A stretch of 64,000 nt of DNA, taken from Squalus acanthias. Lineage: Eukaryota. The translations under genes and the position numbers were made by a program. The stretch covers positions 117,554,001 through 117,618,000 of the forward strand of contig CM059432.1 of NCBI GenBank assembly GCA_030390025.1, read 5' to 3'. Positions 1 to 11,590 of the stretch are shown in pieces. Position 1 is the stretch's first letter; every line of letters begins with the position of its first letter. A model generated the notes under the pieces. The model was not told where the DNA came from, made no database searches, and saw only the letters and a program-made list of their open reading frames with translations.

Positions 1-277
1 CCCCACCGACACCTGGGAATCCCTGGCCCAAGACCGCTCAAGTGGAGGAGAAGCATCCGTGAAGGCGCCGAACACCTCGAATCTCTTCTCCGGGAGCAAG
101 CGGAAGCCAAGTGCAGGCAGCGCAAGGAGCGCACGTCAACCCAAGCACCCCACCCACCCGCCCCTTCAACCACCGTCTGCCCCACCTGTCCCGCATTGGA
201 CTCATCAATTACCTGAGAACTCATTTTTAATGTGGAAGCAAGTTATCCTCGGTTCCGAGGGACTGCCTAAGAAGGAA
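1..277 (+). mobile_element. RTE-clade LINE 3' end (ORF C-terminus and short tail)
   Basis: Translates as DTWESLAQDRSKWRRSIREGAEHL...TVCPTC...RIGL..YLRTH, typical of the RTE/BovB-like C-terminus with a zinc-finger remnant, followed by a short 3' UTR. Confidence 0.75.
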
Positions 278-1739
278 GGTGGCAGTGCCATGAATGGTCT
301 CATTGCCCCTGGGCTAGAGAGGGAATATATTAGCCTGGTGAAAGAAAGACACAAACAGGAGGAATGATCTTATCACAACAAGCCGTGTAAACAAAAGGAA
401 GAGCGAGAATACAGAAGAAACACAACTGAGAATGGAAATAGGAAATAGGGCCCAAGGTGATGCTCAGTACAGCCTGAGTGAGCTCCTTTATTTTGATATG
501 ACTTGCATGAAGTTTTCGATTTTCCCCATTTATTTCTCCTGGCTTTGTTTGCTGTCATATTATTTTGCCCTGCATAGGATTGAATACTTTTTTGAGACTA
601 TGATGCAGGTCACCTATAATATATAGGGTTAGAGTTTATCCAAGAAAAATTCTGGTTATACTCACTCGATGATTAATGATATGTTATTTTGCCGAGATCA
701 TTTTTTGGAGCAGGGAATAGATTGGGATTTCTTGCTTGGCAGGGGAACATTTGTGTTTTTCTTGCAGCTTAAGATGGATTTGCTCTTTGCAGAATTAGTC
801 TTTGATTGGATTTAACTGGATTTTGCTGTTTTTATCATGAACAGATACTAATGTGCATGAATAAAACATGATTATTTGCAGAATGTATTACTGTATAAAA
901 TTCCCATTTGCTTAGAGCTTTCTCAGTCTAGCATGTGTATTGAAATCAACTGCGTTGTAAGAAGTGTTATAACAGGTCACGTCCTCTATACCGTGCTCAG
1001 AAAGATTCATTTTACTAATTTGAGATTACCAAGCACAGGACCTAAGGTCAACAACAAATGCTTTTGATTGTCAATAGCTGAAATTACTTGGCATGAACAG
1101 ATCTGTCCACAAACTAAAGCAAACTATTACAATGTGGTAAAGGTTTCTACCGGACTGAAAGAAATAACAAGTGTTTGAGCAATATTTTTCGGAATTCAGA
1201 AAATCAAAAGAGAATCTAGATTTACCAAACTGGCTTCATGTAAAATCTGAGAAAGAGGCCCCGTAGCAGATGCCTTCTTTTAAATCAAGTGCTTTAATAA
1301 TAGTGTTCACCTGTAGCCATCTGTAATGTGCATCGACAACTCACAAACTTGACCTTGGTGGATGCTGGCAGCACAAAAATATGTAGGGAAATTTTGCTGG
1401 ATTGTCAATGGGTAAGTTACAGATTTCCCATAGTCCAATACCTGCGCCAGCAACCCTGGTTCTGTGAGCAATGGGTAACTCTGCTTTTAATGTTCTGTGC
1501 AAATGAGATAAATAGGCTTAAATTCATACTCGGGTGCGAAATGGTCAGCATGCTCCAATTGCACGTCTATTCACGTGGGCTCGGAGATGGCACTAACAAA
1601 AGGCCAAACAAAAAGTGTGGGGAAAAAAATATATATATATGTGATAGAGGTCGAGGTTATGATCTGAAATTGTTGAACTCTATATATATATATTTTTTTT
1701 ATCCACACTTTTTGTTTGGCCTTTTTTTCTTCCCTCCCA

Positions 1740-2113
1740 CATGGCAGCTGTCCTTCATTCTGCCAGCGCAATTCACACTTCATCTCGAGCCATCCTTTGT
1801 TCCTCAACCTGTCCCATTTCCACCTCCTCTTGCCTTGAATATCTCTTAATGTCTCTCAATGTCTCTTAATCTCTCCTGCTTTCTATCCTATCACTGACCT
1901 TCCCTTTTGTTCTTTCATCCCCTCTCCCTTTTCCCAGCCCCTAAACTTGCTTTAAAATCTATCCCATTTCCTGCTTTTTTCCAGTTCTGACGAAAGGTCT
2001 TCGACCTGAAACGTAAAATATGTTGCTCTCTCCACGGATGCTGCCTGGCCTGCTGAGTTTTTCCAGCGTTTTCTGTTGTTAATTCAGATTTCCAGCATCC
2101 GCAGTATTTTGCT
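1740..2113 (+). mobile_element. Penelope-like element terminal (pLTR) fragment
   Basis: Pyrimidine-rich stretch ending in ctgacgaaaggtcttcgacctgaaacg...gatgctgcctggcctgctgagtttttccagc...cagatttccagcatccgcagtattttgct. The same terminus recurs at 31709-36643 and 50702-50797. The Penelope assignment rests on recognition of the hammerhead-bearing terminus. Confidence 0.6.
1983..2019 (+). ncRNA. Minimal hammerhead ribozyme motif with degenerate stem I
   Basis: AGTT-CTGACGA-A-AGGTC/ttc/GACCT-GAAA-CGT-A-AAAT: core boxes CUGANGA and GAAA flank a 5-bp stem II. Confidence 0.5.
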
Positions 2114-2359
2114 ATCATATAACCATATCGAGCAATTGAGAGACATACAGAAGGTGGAGACTGAATAGAGTTGGACACAAATGAGAAGTTGCTGACACCA
2201 CAATGAAAAAAGGTAAGAGTAAGCCACAGTAAGGAAGAATGAGAGATGGACTGAAAGGCAGGCAGACAGAAAGAATTACGGAGTACAATGTAAAGAGAGG
2301 CAGTACAAGAAAAGATACCTTTTTTTGATCTCTGAACAAAGTCATGGGACATCGACTCA

Positions 2360-2849
2360 CATAGATTTTAAATTGAAGGTGGCCGACCAGCCACCTGCCT
2401 ATACCAGGAGCAAAGAGGCCGGAGCTATTTTGAACACGGGCCTCATTTAAATAGAATTGGCAAGCTGCCCGCCGCAAATGGGCATCCCGATGGAACTTGC
2501 CAGGTTCAGGGCAGTGGAACATTGCGCAGCCTCTGAGCTGTCTGGCCAGTACCAAGTCCGCATTCCTGCTTCTCCTGGCCCCACTAAAATAATTTAAAGC
2601 TTACCTTTTTCGGTCCTCTTTCACAAGCCACCCAGTTGTTTCCCAAAATGCCAGTCGGGGTCCTTTTTCTACAGATATTAAAGTTCCGACTGCCTGAAAC
2701 AGGCGGGTGATGCCACCGCCCACTGGTAGGCTCCTTTCAGGATGGGCGTGGCCAGAGCACCCGTGTAACCGGGCCGGTAAGTGCTGCACAGCTAATTAAT
2801 GCCGCTACCATCCCATTTACACTGGGCAGCCCAAATTATAATCTACCTC
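2360..2849. mobile_element. Old MITE, probably Harbinger-derived
   Basis: Imperfect terminal inverted repeats (tagattttaaattg ... caaattataatcta) around a GC/CpG-rich interior. Confidence 0.4.
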
Positions 2850-3229
2850 ACAACATAAGCAAGAAGGCAATTTTAATCAGAATTACTCTATTGGATATTT
2901 GGATTTCCCCTCTCTCCTTGTGAGAAAGTATCTTACTTTGCTTGACATACAACTGAGATCAGGGAATTACTGTGAGCTGAAAACTGTGATCCTTTACTCT
3001 GTGGCAAGGCCTGTTGAAACTCCAGTTTGCAGTGCTGCCATGCCTTTGTTTAGTTTAATCTTTTTCTCTTCAACATTGTTTCGACCACAGTGACACCCTG
3101 CACTTTGGGCCTTATCTCCCCCCCCCCACCATACCCTGCCAACCCGGTTTCTCTGTTTAAAAGATAATGCAGCTTTCAACAATGCAAGTACATCAGGCAG
3201 CTTCGTGCACAACAGAACCATCATTTGCA

Positions 3230-3553
3230 TTTCCTTCAATTGAATATAAGGAAGACTGAAGCCATTATCTTCGGTTCCCGCTGCAAACTCCGTCCCCTAG
3301 ACACCGACTCCGTCCCTTTCCCTGGCCACTACCTGAGGCTGATCCAGACTGTTCGCAACCTCAATGTCCTAGTTGACCCTGAGCTGAGCTTCTGACTCCA
3401 TATCCTCTCCATCACCAAGGCCACCTACTTCCACCTCCGTGATATCACTCGTCTCCACCCCTGCCTCAGCCCATTGACTGCTGAAACCCTCATCCAGACT
3501 CGACTATTCCAATGCTCTCTTAGCCAGCGTCCCGCCTTCCACCCTCTCTAAAC
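3230..3553 (+). mobile_element. L2-clade LINE RT C-terminal fragment
   Basis: FLQLNIRKTEAIIFG...VRNL..LVDPELSF...YFHLRDI...RLDYSNALL motifs, with stops and deletions. Confidence 0.75.
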
Positions 3554-3574
3554 TTTTGAAGTGTATTAACGATT

Positions 3575-4338
3575 GGGCCAAAAATTCAGCCCGTCCCGGG
3601 TGAGTACACAGTGCGTACTCACCCGTAATGCATCCCAAAGTGCCGGTTTCCTGCATGCACTGCGCATGCGTGGGAAACCGGAACTTCCGGTCTGGTGAAG
3701 GGGGCGGTTCCTAGGTGAACCATGTGCTCGGTAGAGGCTGCGCGCACGCAGCGAACTTAGATTTTTTTTCAGGTTTCTGCAGGAGGGTAAGTATTGAAGA
3801 AACTATGCTTATAAAAAGGAGGCGCAGGAGCCGTTTTCAACAAGGTAAGTGGTTAATTAAGTATAATTTAAAATTTTTTTCAACAGGTTTATCTTTTTTA
3901 GATACTTTAAAGAAAGGTAAGTTTATTTTTATCACTTTTAAAAAGTATTTTCATTTTTTCAAAAATTTAAATTTTTGTTTAAAGTGGTTAATTTATTTAA
4001 CTATAGTTATTTTATAAATGTGATGGTTTTTTAAAACATTTATTTTAAGTTTAGCTGTTCTTTTGGGGCCGATTTCAATTCATAGATTTGACAGGTCTCC
4101 TGTCAAATCTATGAATGAAAGATGGTCTGCTGCCATTGGCTCACCATGGCCCACGTGATCCCAGGGGACGCATCGCACTAACTGCGCCCCTGGGACACGC
4201 ACACACTGCGCGCCGGCTCTTGGAGCAGGCCCAGGAGCTGAAGTTACCGTGGGCCCAAAACACAACGGCAGGCGCGGTAGGTAAGTGCGCGCCCGATCCT
4301 TACCCCCGCGGCAAGCCGGAGAGGCAAATTTCAGGGCC
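3575..4338. mobile_element. Harbinger-type MITE inserted in a SINE
   Basis: Termini gggccaaaaatt and aatttcagggcc, CpG-rich subtermini and an AT-rich core. The flanks rejoin as minus-strand Deu-SINE sequence. Confidence 0.6.
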
Positions 4339-4341
4339 AAT

Positions 4342-4615
4342 GTAGGGCTGTTGGACGAAGGATAAATGTTGGTCAAGACTGCCCTGTTCTTCTTCGAATA
4401 GTACCATGAGATATTTTAGGTCCACCCGAAAAGGAGGACGGGCCTCGCTTTAAAAACACTTCCAAAAGATGGCAGCTCCGGCAGTGCAGCCCTCCCTCTG
4501 CCAGCCTAGATTATGCGCTCAAGTAATTCCTACCTTACAGCAGTGACTACACTACATTGGCTGTAAAGTACTTTGGGACGTCCGGCGCTATATGAATGCA
4601 AGTTCATTCTTTCAA
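4342..4615. mobile_element. Deu-domain SINE fragments (minus-strand body, then plus-strand tail)
   Basis: Similar to the full SINE at 36984-37450. Confidence 0.6.
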
Positions 4616-4717
4616 GTCTTTCAAGTCTCTGGAGTGAGGCTTCAACCCACAAGCTGTTAACTGCTCCCATGGGAAGGTGCCTGGAGTCCAAAACAGCGGG
4701 AGTGATGCTCAACCATT

Positions 4718-4968
4718 GGTGGCCGTGCCTTCTGTTGCCTGGGCCCTAAGCTCTGGAATTCCCTGCCTAAACCTCTCCGCCTCGCTACCTCTCTCTCCTC
4801 CTTTAAGACGCTCCTTAAAACCTACCTCTTTGACCAAGCTTTTGGTCACCTGCCCTAATTTCTCCTTATGTGGCTCGGTCTCAATTTTTTTGTCTTATAA
4901 CACTCCTGTGACGTTTTACTACGTTAAAGGCGCTATATAAATACAAGTTGTTGTTGTTGTTGTTGTTG
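4718..4968 (+). mobile_element. L2 LINE 3' tail ending in (GTT)n
   Basis: FKTLLKTYLFDQAF coding end, then ggcgctatataaatacaag(ttg)n. Similar copies occur at about 12410-12604 (+), 47266-47525 (-) and 55210-55500 (-). Confidence 0.75.
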
Positions 4969-6722
4969 CAGCATTTCTTGCAGAAGCACATCTAAAATAT
5001 CTCTACGTTGCAGTTGTGGCTTTTCAGGGCTGCAGCTGTGCATTATATCTCACCTCCTGCTGACAATGAGTTTCTGTTGGGAGGCCCAGTTCATAGTAGG
5101 AGCTCACTTCACGTACATAATGGCCCCGATATTAACTGGGAGACGTGCTGGGCGCAGGGATGGGGGATGGAGGGGGGTCCGATGGCGCGCGGTAAACCCG
5201 GAAGTATGTTCAGCGTGTCTGTCAGTGGCTTTTTAATTCAGCCACCTCATTATCATTTTACCTCTGGGTTTTGCCATCGAATCCATGGCAGCGGGAGTGA
5301 TGCAGTCCCGCATGACGCGATCTCAACTCCAGTGTTTAAAGGGCCAATCCAAAGATGCAATTTGGAAGAGTTGGAGTTGGCAAGATGAGAAGAGAAGTTA
5401 AAGAATGGATTTGAGACGTTCAAAGGCTGCGCCCCGGTTCACTGATGCCTCCCTTGATGTGCTGCTGGGGTCTGTGAGGAGCCGGAGGGAGATACTCTAC
5501 CCTAGCAATGGGAGGAAGAAACCTGCGGTAGAAACAAAGAAGGTGTGGTTGAAGGTGGCCCAGGAGGTCAGCAGCAGGATCGTGGTGCACACTCCTGGAT
5601 TCAGCGCAGGAAGTGCTTTAATGACCTACACAGGTCAGGAAAGGTGAGCACAGTGGCACATTCACCTACATCCTGCTGTGCGCAACACCCCAAACCCTCA
5701 CTCTGCCTTCTCAAGCCTACTCCATCAAATCACTCCTCGCACCCACTTACCTTGCAGGTGCACCCATCCCTCTCTGTCTATGCACTTCCTCATAGCCCCA
5801 TCTATCCAGCCACCACTCTCACTCACCCTCATCATTATGCAATGTCCTGCCTCTCCCTGATACTCACCCTCACCAAATGAACTCCATCCAGCGGTTGAAA
5901 ACATGCCATTACATTGACTCATAGGTCTGTTCTTTCCCTTGTTGCAGGAGAAGAGAGCACAGAACACCAGGGAGAGGGAGCGAACTGGAGTAGGCCCTTC
6001 AGCCATCTCACAACTAACAACTGCAGAGGAGGAGGCACTAGAGTTCAGTGGAGTTCCGCATCCCTGGCCATTTGAGATGGGGAGACTGTGTAGGGGGTGG
6101 TGGTTTGTGTCAGCTTCACCTCTGACTTCTGAGCGGTTCGAATCGCTCCCACTCCCTTGGTTCTAGAGCTTGGACTTATTTGGGGGTTGTGACAAAAAGT
6201 GCAGCAGACAACTGGTTTTGATGCAAGAACTTTGATCTTTATTCAAGAAAGTAAAACACAACACAAACACTCTTAACACTCTAAAAGTGGGGAACACTTC
6301 GGTACAAGCGAGGGAAATAACATTAGAAAAATACCTCACCCCTCCCAATCCCACTTCACTAGCTAGGTTGGACTCCAGAGGACCAGGGATGATACTCACC
6401 AGAATCCTTGACAGTTAGGTTAGTTTGCGGTTTTGGGGTTCACTCTACATGTCGGTTGGTGTCTGCCGTACCCCGTACGCGGTAGAGGACTTCAACTGCG
6501 TATCTGGTCAGTCTTCGCGAGTCCGCTGATGTGGTAGGGTGCGTATTGGATTTATCAGGTGAGCACCCACTTTTCTTTAGTTTAGAAGTAGGGTTTAGAG
6601 TTTTTGAAGGGAAAATCTTACCCAGGGGTAAGTCAGGAGTAGATTGTAGAGTGGAAACTTTGCGGTTCTTCAGATTTTCTTCGAGTTGGTTTTCTTTGGT
6701 CGCGGTGGCCCAAATATTGATA

Positions 6723-7362
6723 CAGAAAACTCTTGTTTAACCGGCACCTAAATATCCGGAATTCTCTCTTAACCGGCAAAAATCATACTCCGAAAACTCC
6801 TCTCAAATAACCGGCAATGTTGCCGAGTCCGAGTCCGAGTCTCCCGCGAACGCCAAGTACTCCAAACACTCCTCTCAAATAACCGGCAATGTTGCCGAGT
6901 CAGAGTCCGAGTCTACCGCGAACGCCGAGTACTCCGAACACTCCTCTCAAATAACCGGCAATGTTGCCGAGTCAGAGTCCAAGTCTCCCGCGAACGCCGA
7001 GTTAGTCAGTGGGGGTAGTTCTCCAAAGTGCCACTACTCGGCCTCCTGGCGCTGTCGGAAGTCCGAACACTGCAGTAACAGGAGTCTGATTCTCCCGCGC
7101 TGCCGGGAGTCTCACTTACTGTTAAGTAATTAAAGAGTTATGGATTACCCTCAACTGGCAGTACTGTACTTAATCAAGCATCTTCCACCATCCATTTAAC
7201 ACAACATTCTGTAGGTGAGTAACCAAATACTGTATACTGCACATTTCTTGATTTTTTTATGTTAAAAATAGCCTCGGTAGATATAACTCTCCGTTATCCA
7301 GAACTTTCGATCAACCGGCACCACGCCGGTCCCGTCGGTGCCGGATACCAAAGAGTTTCCTG
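6723..7362. mobile_element. Tc1/mariner-pogo/Tigger-like MITE inside the LTR
   Basis: TA dinucleotide on both sides (6721-6722, 7363-7364). TIRs CAGAAAACTCTTGTTTAACCGGCACC versus reverse-complemented CAGGAAACTCTTTGGTATCCGGCACC. Confidence 0.75.
6786..7002. repeat. 72-bp tandem repeat, 3 copies
   Basis: actcctctcaaataaccggcaatgttgccgagtc... recurs at 6796, 6868 and 6940. Confidence 0.9.
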
Positions 7363-8891
7363 TACTTGGTGTTTGCTTGGTTGTTTCGTGAGGGCCTTAT
7401 TGCCACGAGGTGTCCGGTGGTCACTGAGGCGGTCGTTTTGGTTTCTTCTCGTGTCAGCCTACTTTGTTGGATGGTCTGGCCTTCGAGCTGTTGACCTCCT
7501 GGCTGGACACGGAATGCTGAACGGTGTTGGTTTTAGAACTGTGTTGTGGAGAAATGCCTCTGTCGATGTCTTCTTGTTCTTCCTTCCTCTTCTTCTTTTT
7601 CAGGTTGAGAACGGGCCTTCAATTATACCCATTGAAGGTTCCTTATCTGCGCGCCAAATCAGGTCTCGGTCTTTGTTAGTTTTGGCGGGCTCGTTAACGG
7701 TAACTGGTTTGTTAAGGTGTGAAGTGGTTCCGGAATGGCCCCCATCCTGTCAATATGCCACTTAATCGGAGTTTGATTGTTCTTATGTTTTGGGTTTTCT
7801 TGGCTGGGTCTATGATTTCTATAGAGTATGCCGAAGTAATCTGTTTTATGCATGTCTTAATGGGCTCTGTAGCTTGAGGTGGAGACTGGTTTTCCTTGGG
7901 TTTATTGTTAGGATGCTAATGTCTGATAGGGGCCGATTTAAACTCCCAGCGAGACCATGCGGTTCCCCAGACAGTTCCTATTAGCTCCAATACCCAAACT
8001 GTTTTTACAGAGGTTGACCCCACCTTCCTTCACAGCTTTTTCTCCCTTACAAGCCCAGACATGTTTTAAGAGTACCAAATCTTGGATTTTGCTCAAAAAG
8101 TCCTTTGGTTAGGCCCAATACACTTCACCACCTTATAATAGCTAGAAAAGAGTCCAAAGTCTTTTTCCTTAGGGTATTTCTTAGAGTTTTGGGGGATCTG
8201 TGAATTTTGAGAATCTTACAGACTGGGACCTCCCAGCTATCTGGTGACACAATTAATTATCAGCCTCCCGCACGTCAGTCATGTGGACTTGATTTCAACA
8301 GCAAGTGAAATATGATCATCTTCATAATGATAACTTGATTGTCAATAACTTCATAATGATAGTCTTACCTGCCAGTACTCATTCATGTCTTCTATCTCCG
8401 ACAGGGCCTTCATGCATGCAGCAGGAATTGGCGGAGGTTGCAGATGATGATTGCTCGAGGAGCTGAGTTCTTCTGAGGGTGAACTGTCACAGAACTCATG
8501 CAGACCATGCACCAGCTCAGATACTCACACTTCAGGGGAACCTCGTCGAGAGATATTTGGGTTTTCACCTGGTGACTCACACTTCACAAGTGAGCAAGAG
8601 CAGATGGTGGCAGCAGGGACAGCAATGGAGAGTCTGCGTTGGAGGGCACAGCCCTCTCCAAGCTCTGCTCAGCCAGACATCAGATGCTGAACCCCGGGGG
8701 ACGTTGATGAAAAGGAGAATCATTGAGCAGCAGCAGATAATGCGCAATACACTGGCAGAATGGAGGAGTCTGCCTCAAGCATGAGTGCAATGATGTCGCA
8801 GGCCAATGAGATGACGTGTTCTTCTTTGGATAGAGTGGCCTGCGCCGTGGAACATCAAACACGGCTATCAACTGACTCCATGCACGCCTTG

Positions 8892-10288
8892 CATGCGGTC
8901 AAGGCAGTGGAACCGTTGCTTTAGCAAGCCGATGGTCTGCTCGATGATGTTCCTGGTGGCAGCACTCTCGTTATATGAGTGCTGGGCAGGAGTGTTGTGG
9001 TTGCGGAGTCATGAGCCAGGTTTAGAGCGGATAGCCCTTGTCTCCAAGCAGCCAGCCGCGAGCTTGATGTGGTGGCTGGAAGATTGCTGGCACACTGGTG
9101 TGGCACAGGATGAAAGTATCATGGCTGCTGCCAGGATAACGGGCATTGACATTGAGGATTCGTTGTCTGTGGTCACACAGAAACTGCACATTAATTGAGT
9201 GGTAGCCTTTGCGGTTATGGAAGATGTCAGGATTGTTATGTGATGCCCGCAAAGCCACGTGGGTTCAGTCAATGGCGCCCTGCTCCATGGGGAAGCCCGC
9301 GATCCTGGCAAAGCCACATGCACATCCTGCTTCTCTCTGGTGATGGGGAATAAAATGCAATCCCTTATCCTATTGTAGAGAGCCTCTGTGACCTCACGGA
9401 TGCAGCGATGGACGGCGAACTGCAAGATGTTAGCTATGTCTCCTGTTGCAGACTGGAATGATCCACTGGTGAAAGAATTGATGGCAACGGTGACCTTGAC
9501 TGCTAGTGAGAGATCCATGGTTGTCCTGATCTGAGGCTGGATGTGTGGTTGCAGGAGGTGGCAGCGTTCTGTAATAAGATCCTTGGTGAAGTAGAGCATT
9601 CTAATACACTGCTCCTCACTTAATTGGAGGTAGGAGAAGTGCTCTTGGAATACTCTTGGAGGGTAAGGCCTCCTGTTGGCCCTCCGCCTCCCTCTGGCCA
9701 CATGTTCCAGTCTTTCTCGCTGCCACCGCTCCCTCTGTCATAGATCCTGGACAGCGAGGTTGACTGCCAGTGCAGCTCCCATTAATGTAACCAAGTGTAA
9801 CAGTTTGATTTTTTAAAGAATAAATGTAGCTACTTTTTAGTTGCCACAACACTCCTGATGCTAAATAACCTTGAAATTACAGAATGAGACTTTTGGACTA
9901 TGTCAAACTGACAAGAAAGCACTGAAACTCCACTAACCTACAGCTGTGACTCATTACTGATGATCCCTTTAAATAATGTCCCTGGAGCCAGCTTCCTGGT
10001 GCTTCATGCCAGCTCTCCCTTTCGCTGTTTGCTTCAGGCGCTAAGGTAGGTGGCAACAATCAATTTCGCAGATCAGGCACTCAGTGAGCGTTGCACACTC
10101 ACTGACGTCGCAATCCACCTGGCGTTGAGGCTCCCAGCGATAACTGTTAGCGGCGGCGCTGCAGGAAAGGGGGCGAGATTTGGTGTGCGACGTTGGATTT
10201 GCCTCGGCTCAGCGATAATGCTCCAGAGCCCTGTTAGCGCCATCTGCTGGCGGTAACGGGAGATGCTAAGGTACAGAATTTTTCCCCC
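8892..10288 (-). mobile_element. Truncated Harbinger (family C): one TIR plus a frameshifted transposase
   Basis: TIR gaatttttccccc ends at 10288, and the terminal region is homologous to 25195-25700. ORF pieces RRPYPPRVF, VKVTVAINSFTSGSFQ, NRKGYHSINVQ and [11 protein letters not shown]. Confidence 0.8.
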
Positions 10289-10894
10289 TCTGGATCCCAG
10301 CATGTATGTCACCTTAAATAGGATGACAGATACCTTAGCCTTGGCCTTACAGAGCCGCACTGATCTGCACCAAAGTGCTCTCCTCACAGTGGTAGCAGTG
10401 AAATGCGTCTGAGACATAAGAGGGAGGATGGCAAAATGGGACATGGAAGTGGGGACTCAAATCAAAGCACTTCTACTTCTCACCCGTTGCCCCCCGCCCC
10501 CAACGCCCACCCCCCCACCCCCCGAATCAGTACCCGACATACAGCCTCGTGTCCCGATGGCTGAGTCTGCCCCTGCACAGGTGCAGGTGGAGCAGTCTTT
10601 GGCGGGGCCCTCACGTGCTCCAAAACCCAGAGGATGTCGGCCAAGAGCATCTCAGCGGTCGGAGCAGGGATCTGAGCAGCCTGCCTCTACCTCTGCTCAA
10701 GCCACAGGCATTGCACCACGTAGGAGATTGATAGCAAAAGTAAGAGTAAGGCTTTGTAGTTGCAGAAGGGTCTGCACATGGGTGTATGAGAAAATATTTG
10801 TGTTGTTAAGTTTCTGTTCTTTAGTTAGGTCACAGAAATATTATTATTTTGCTCCACTTTCCCTTCTTGTCCTTCTTGGGTGCTGGGTGGCAAG

Positions 10895-11590
10895 TCACTT
10901 TTTAACTTGTTTGATGATGAATGGGAAGACATGAATTGATGGGGACCAATGGAGGGATGTTGAAGGGGTGGTTGGTTGTTTGCAGGACTGCTTTGTATCA
11001 GTGGCATGGGGGGGTGCGGTGGTGGGAGGGGCACCCTGAACCTGTGGGAAGCCAGCTAGAGACGCAAACCCGAGCGCTCGCTCATTCTGACTGGCAGCAT
11101 CGCAGGTGAAGTTAACAAATTTGCCAGCCCTGGAAAAGAACACATCAGTGACCTGTCTTATGCTTTTATAATCCACCGACTGGGAGATCCTGGACTTGTC
11201 TGCAGCTGAGCCCTGGAAGGATCCGGAGGCTAAAACGTTGAGTGTGGTGGTGACTTTGACAGCCACTGGTAAAGTATGGCCACCAGATCCAGCTGGGAGC
11301 AGGTCTTCTTCTAGGAGGCTGCAGATGTCTGCCTCCTGAGACACTGGTATTCAGACATGTCAAGGAAACTGAGCCTCTGCCTGTAGACCCTGTTTCGCGG
11401 GTAGTGCCTCCTGTGACCTGCACCCCTCTGATGATGCCCTCTCTGCTGCCGCCCTCTCTGCTGCTCCCCTCTCTCCTGTGCAGCTATAGGTTTGTGACCA
11501 GCAGGCTGCTGGTGCTGGAGCTGCTGCTGCTGCTGGTCATGTTGCTCCTCATCTGAGGTCCAATCTCAGGCAGCCAAAGCGCCACCCATC
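10895..11590 (-). pseudogene. Family B Harbinger transposase, internally deleted
   Basis: LPVAVKVTTTLNVLASGSFQ...GFASLAGFPQVQGA; the sequence breaks off before the first catalytic Asp. Confidence 0.8.

Larger units (their letters stand above)
6089..8220 (-). mobile_element. Solo LTR of an LTR retrotransposon or endogenous retrovirus
   Basis: Begins TGTAG and ends TTACA (TG...CA). Exact 5-bp TSD GACTG at 6084-6088 and 8221-8225, and the host exon rejoins across it. Minus-strand AATAAA at 6238-6243. Confidence 0.8.
5405..10740 (+). pseudogene. Family B Myb/SANT DNA-binding protein pseudogene (3 exons, interrupted)
   Basis: Exon 1 is 5405-5643 (APRFTDASLDVLL...W..VAQEV...RKCFNDL, frameshifted, donor gtgagc). 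Exon 2 is 5948-6088 plus 8226-8243 (RERTGVGP, split by the LTR). Exon 3 starts at 8405, is split by the 8892-10288 insertion and ends with the AGPSR...PASTS tail. Confidence 0.7.

Noticed and set aside
1328..1849. 173-aa ORF
   Set aside because: It runs through AT microsatellite and pyrimidine tracts into a repeat, with no motif.
6786..7002. CRISPR-like array
   Set aside because: The units are contiguous near-identical tandem repeats with no unique spacers, in a eukaryotic context.
7259..7765. 168-aa hydrophobic ORF as a membrane or env-like protein
   Set aside because: It is antisense to the inferred LTR orientation, spans the MITE/LTR junction and reflects T-rich composition.
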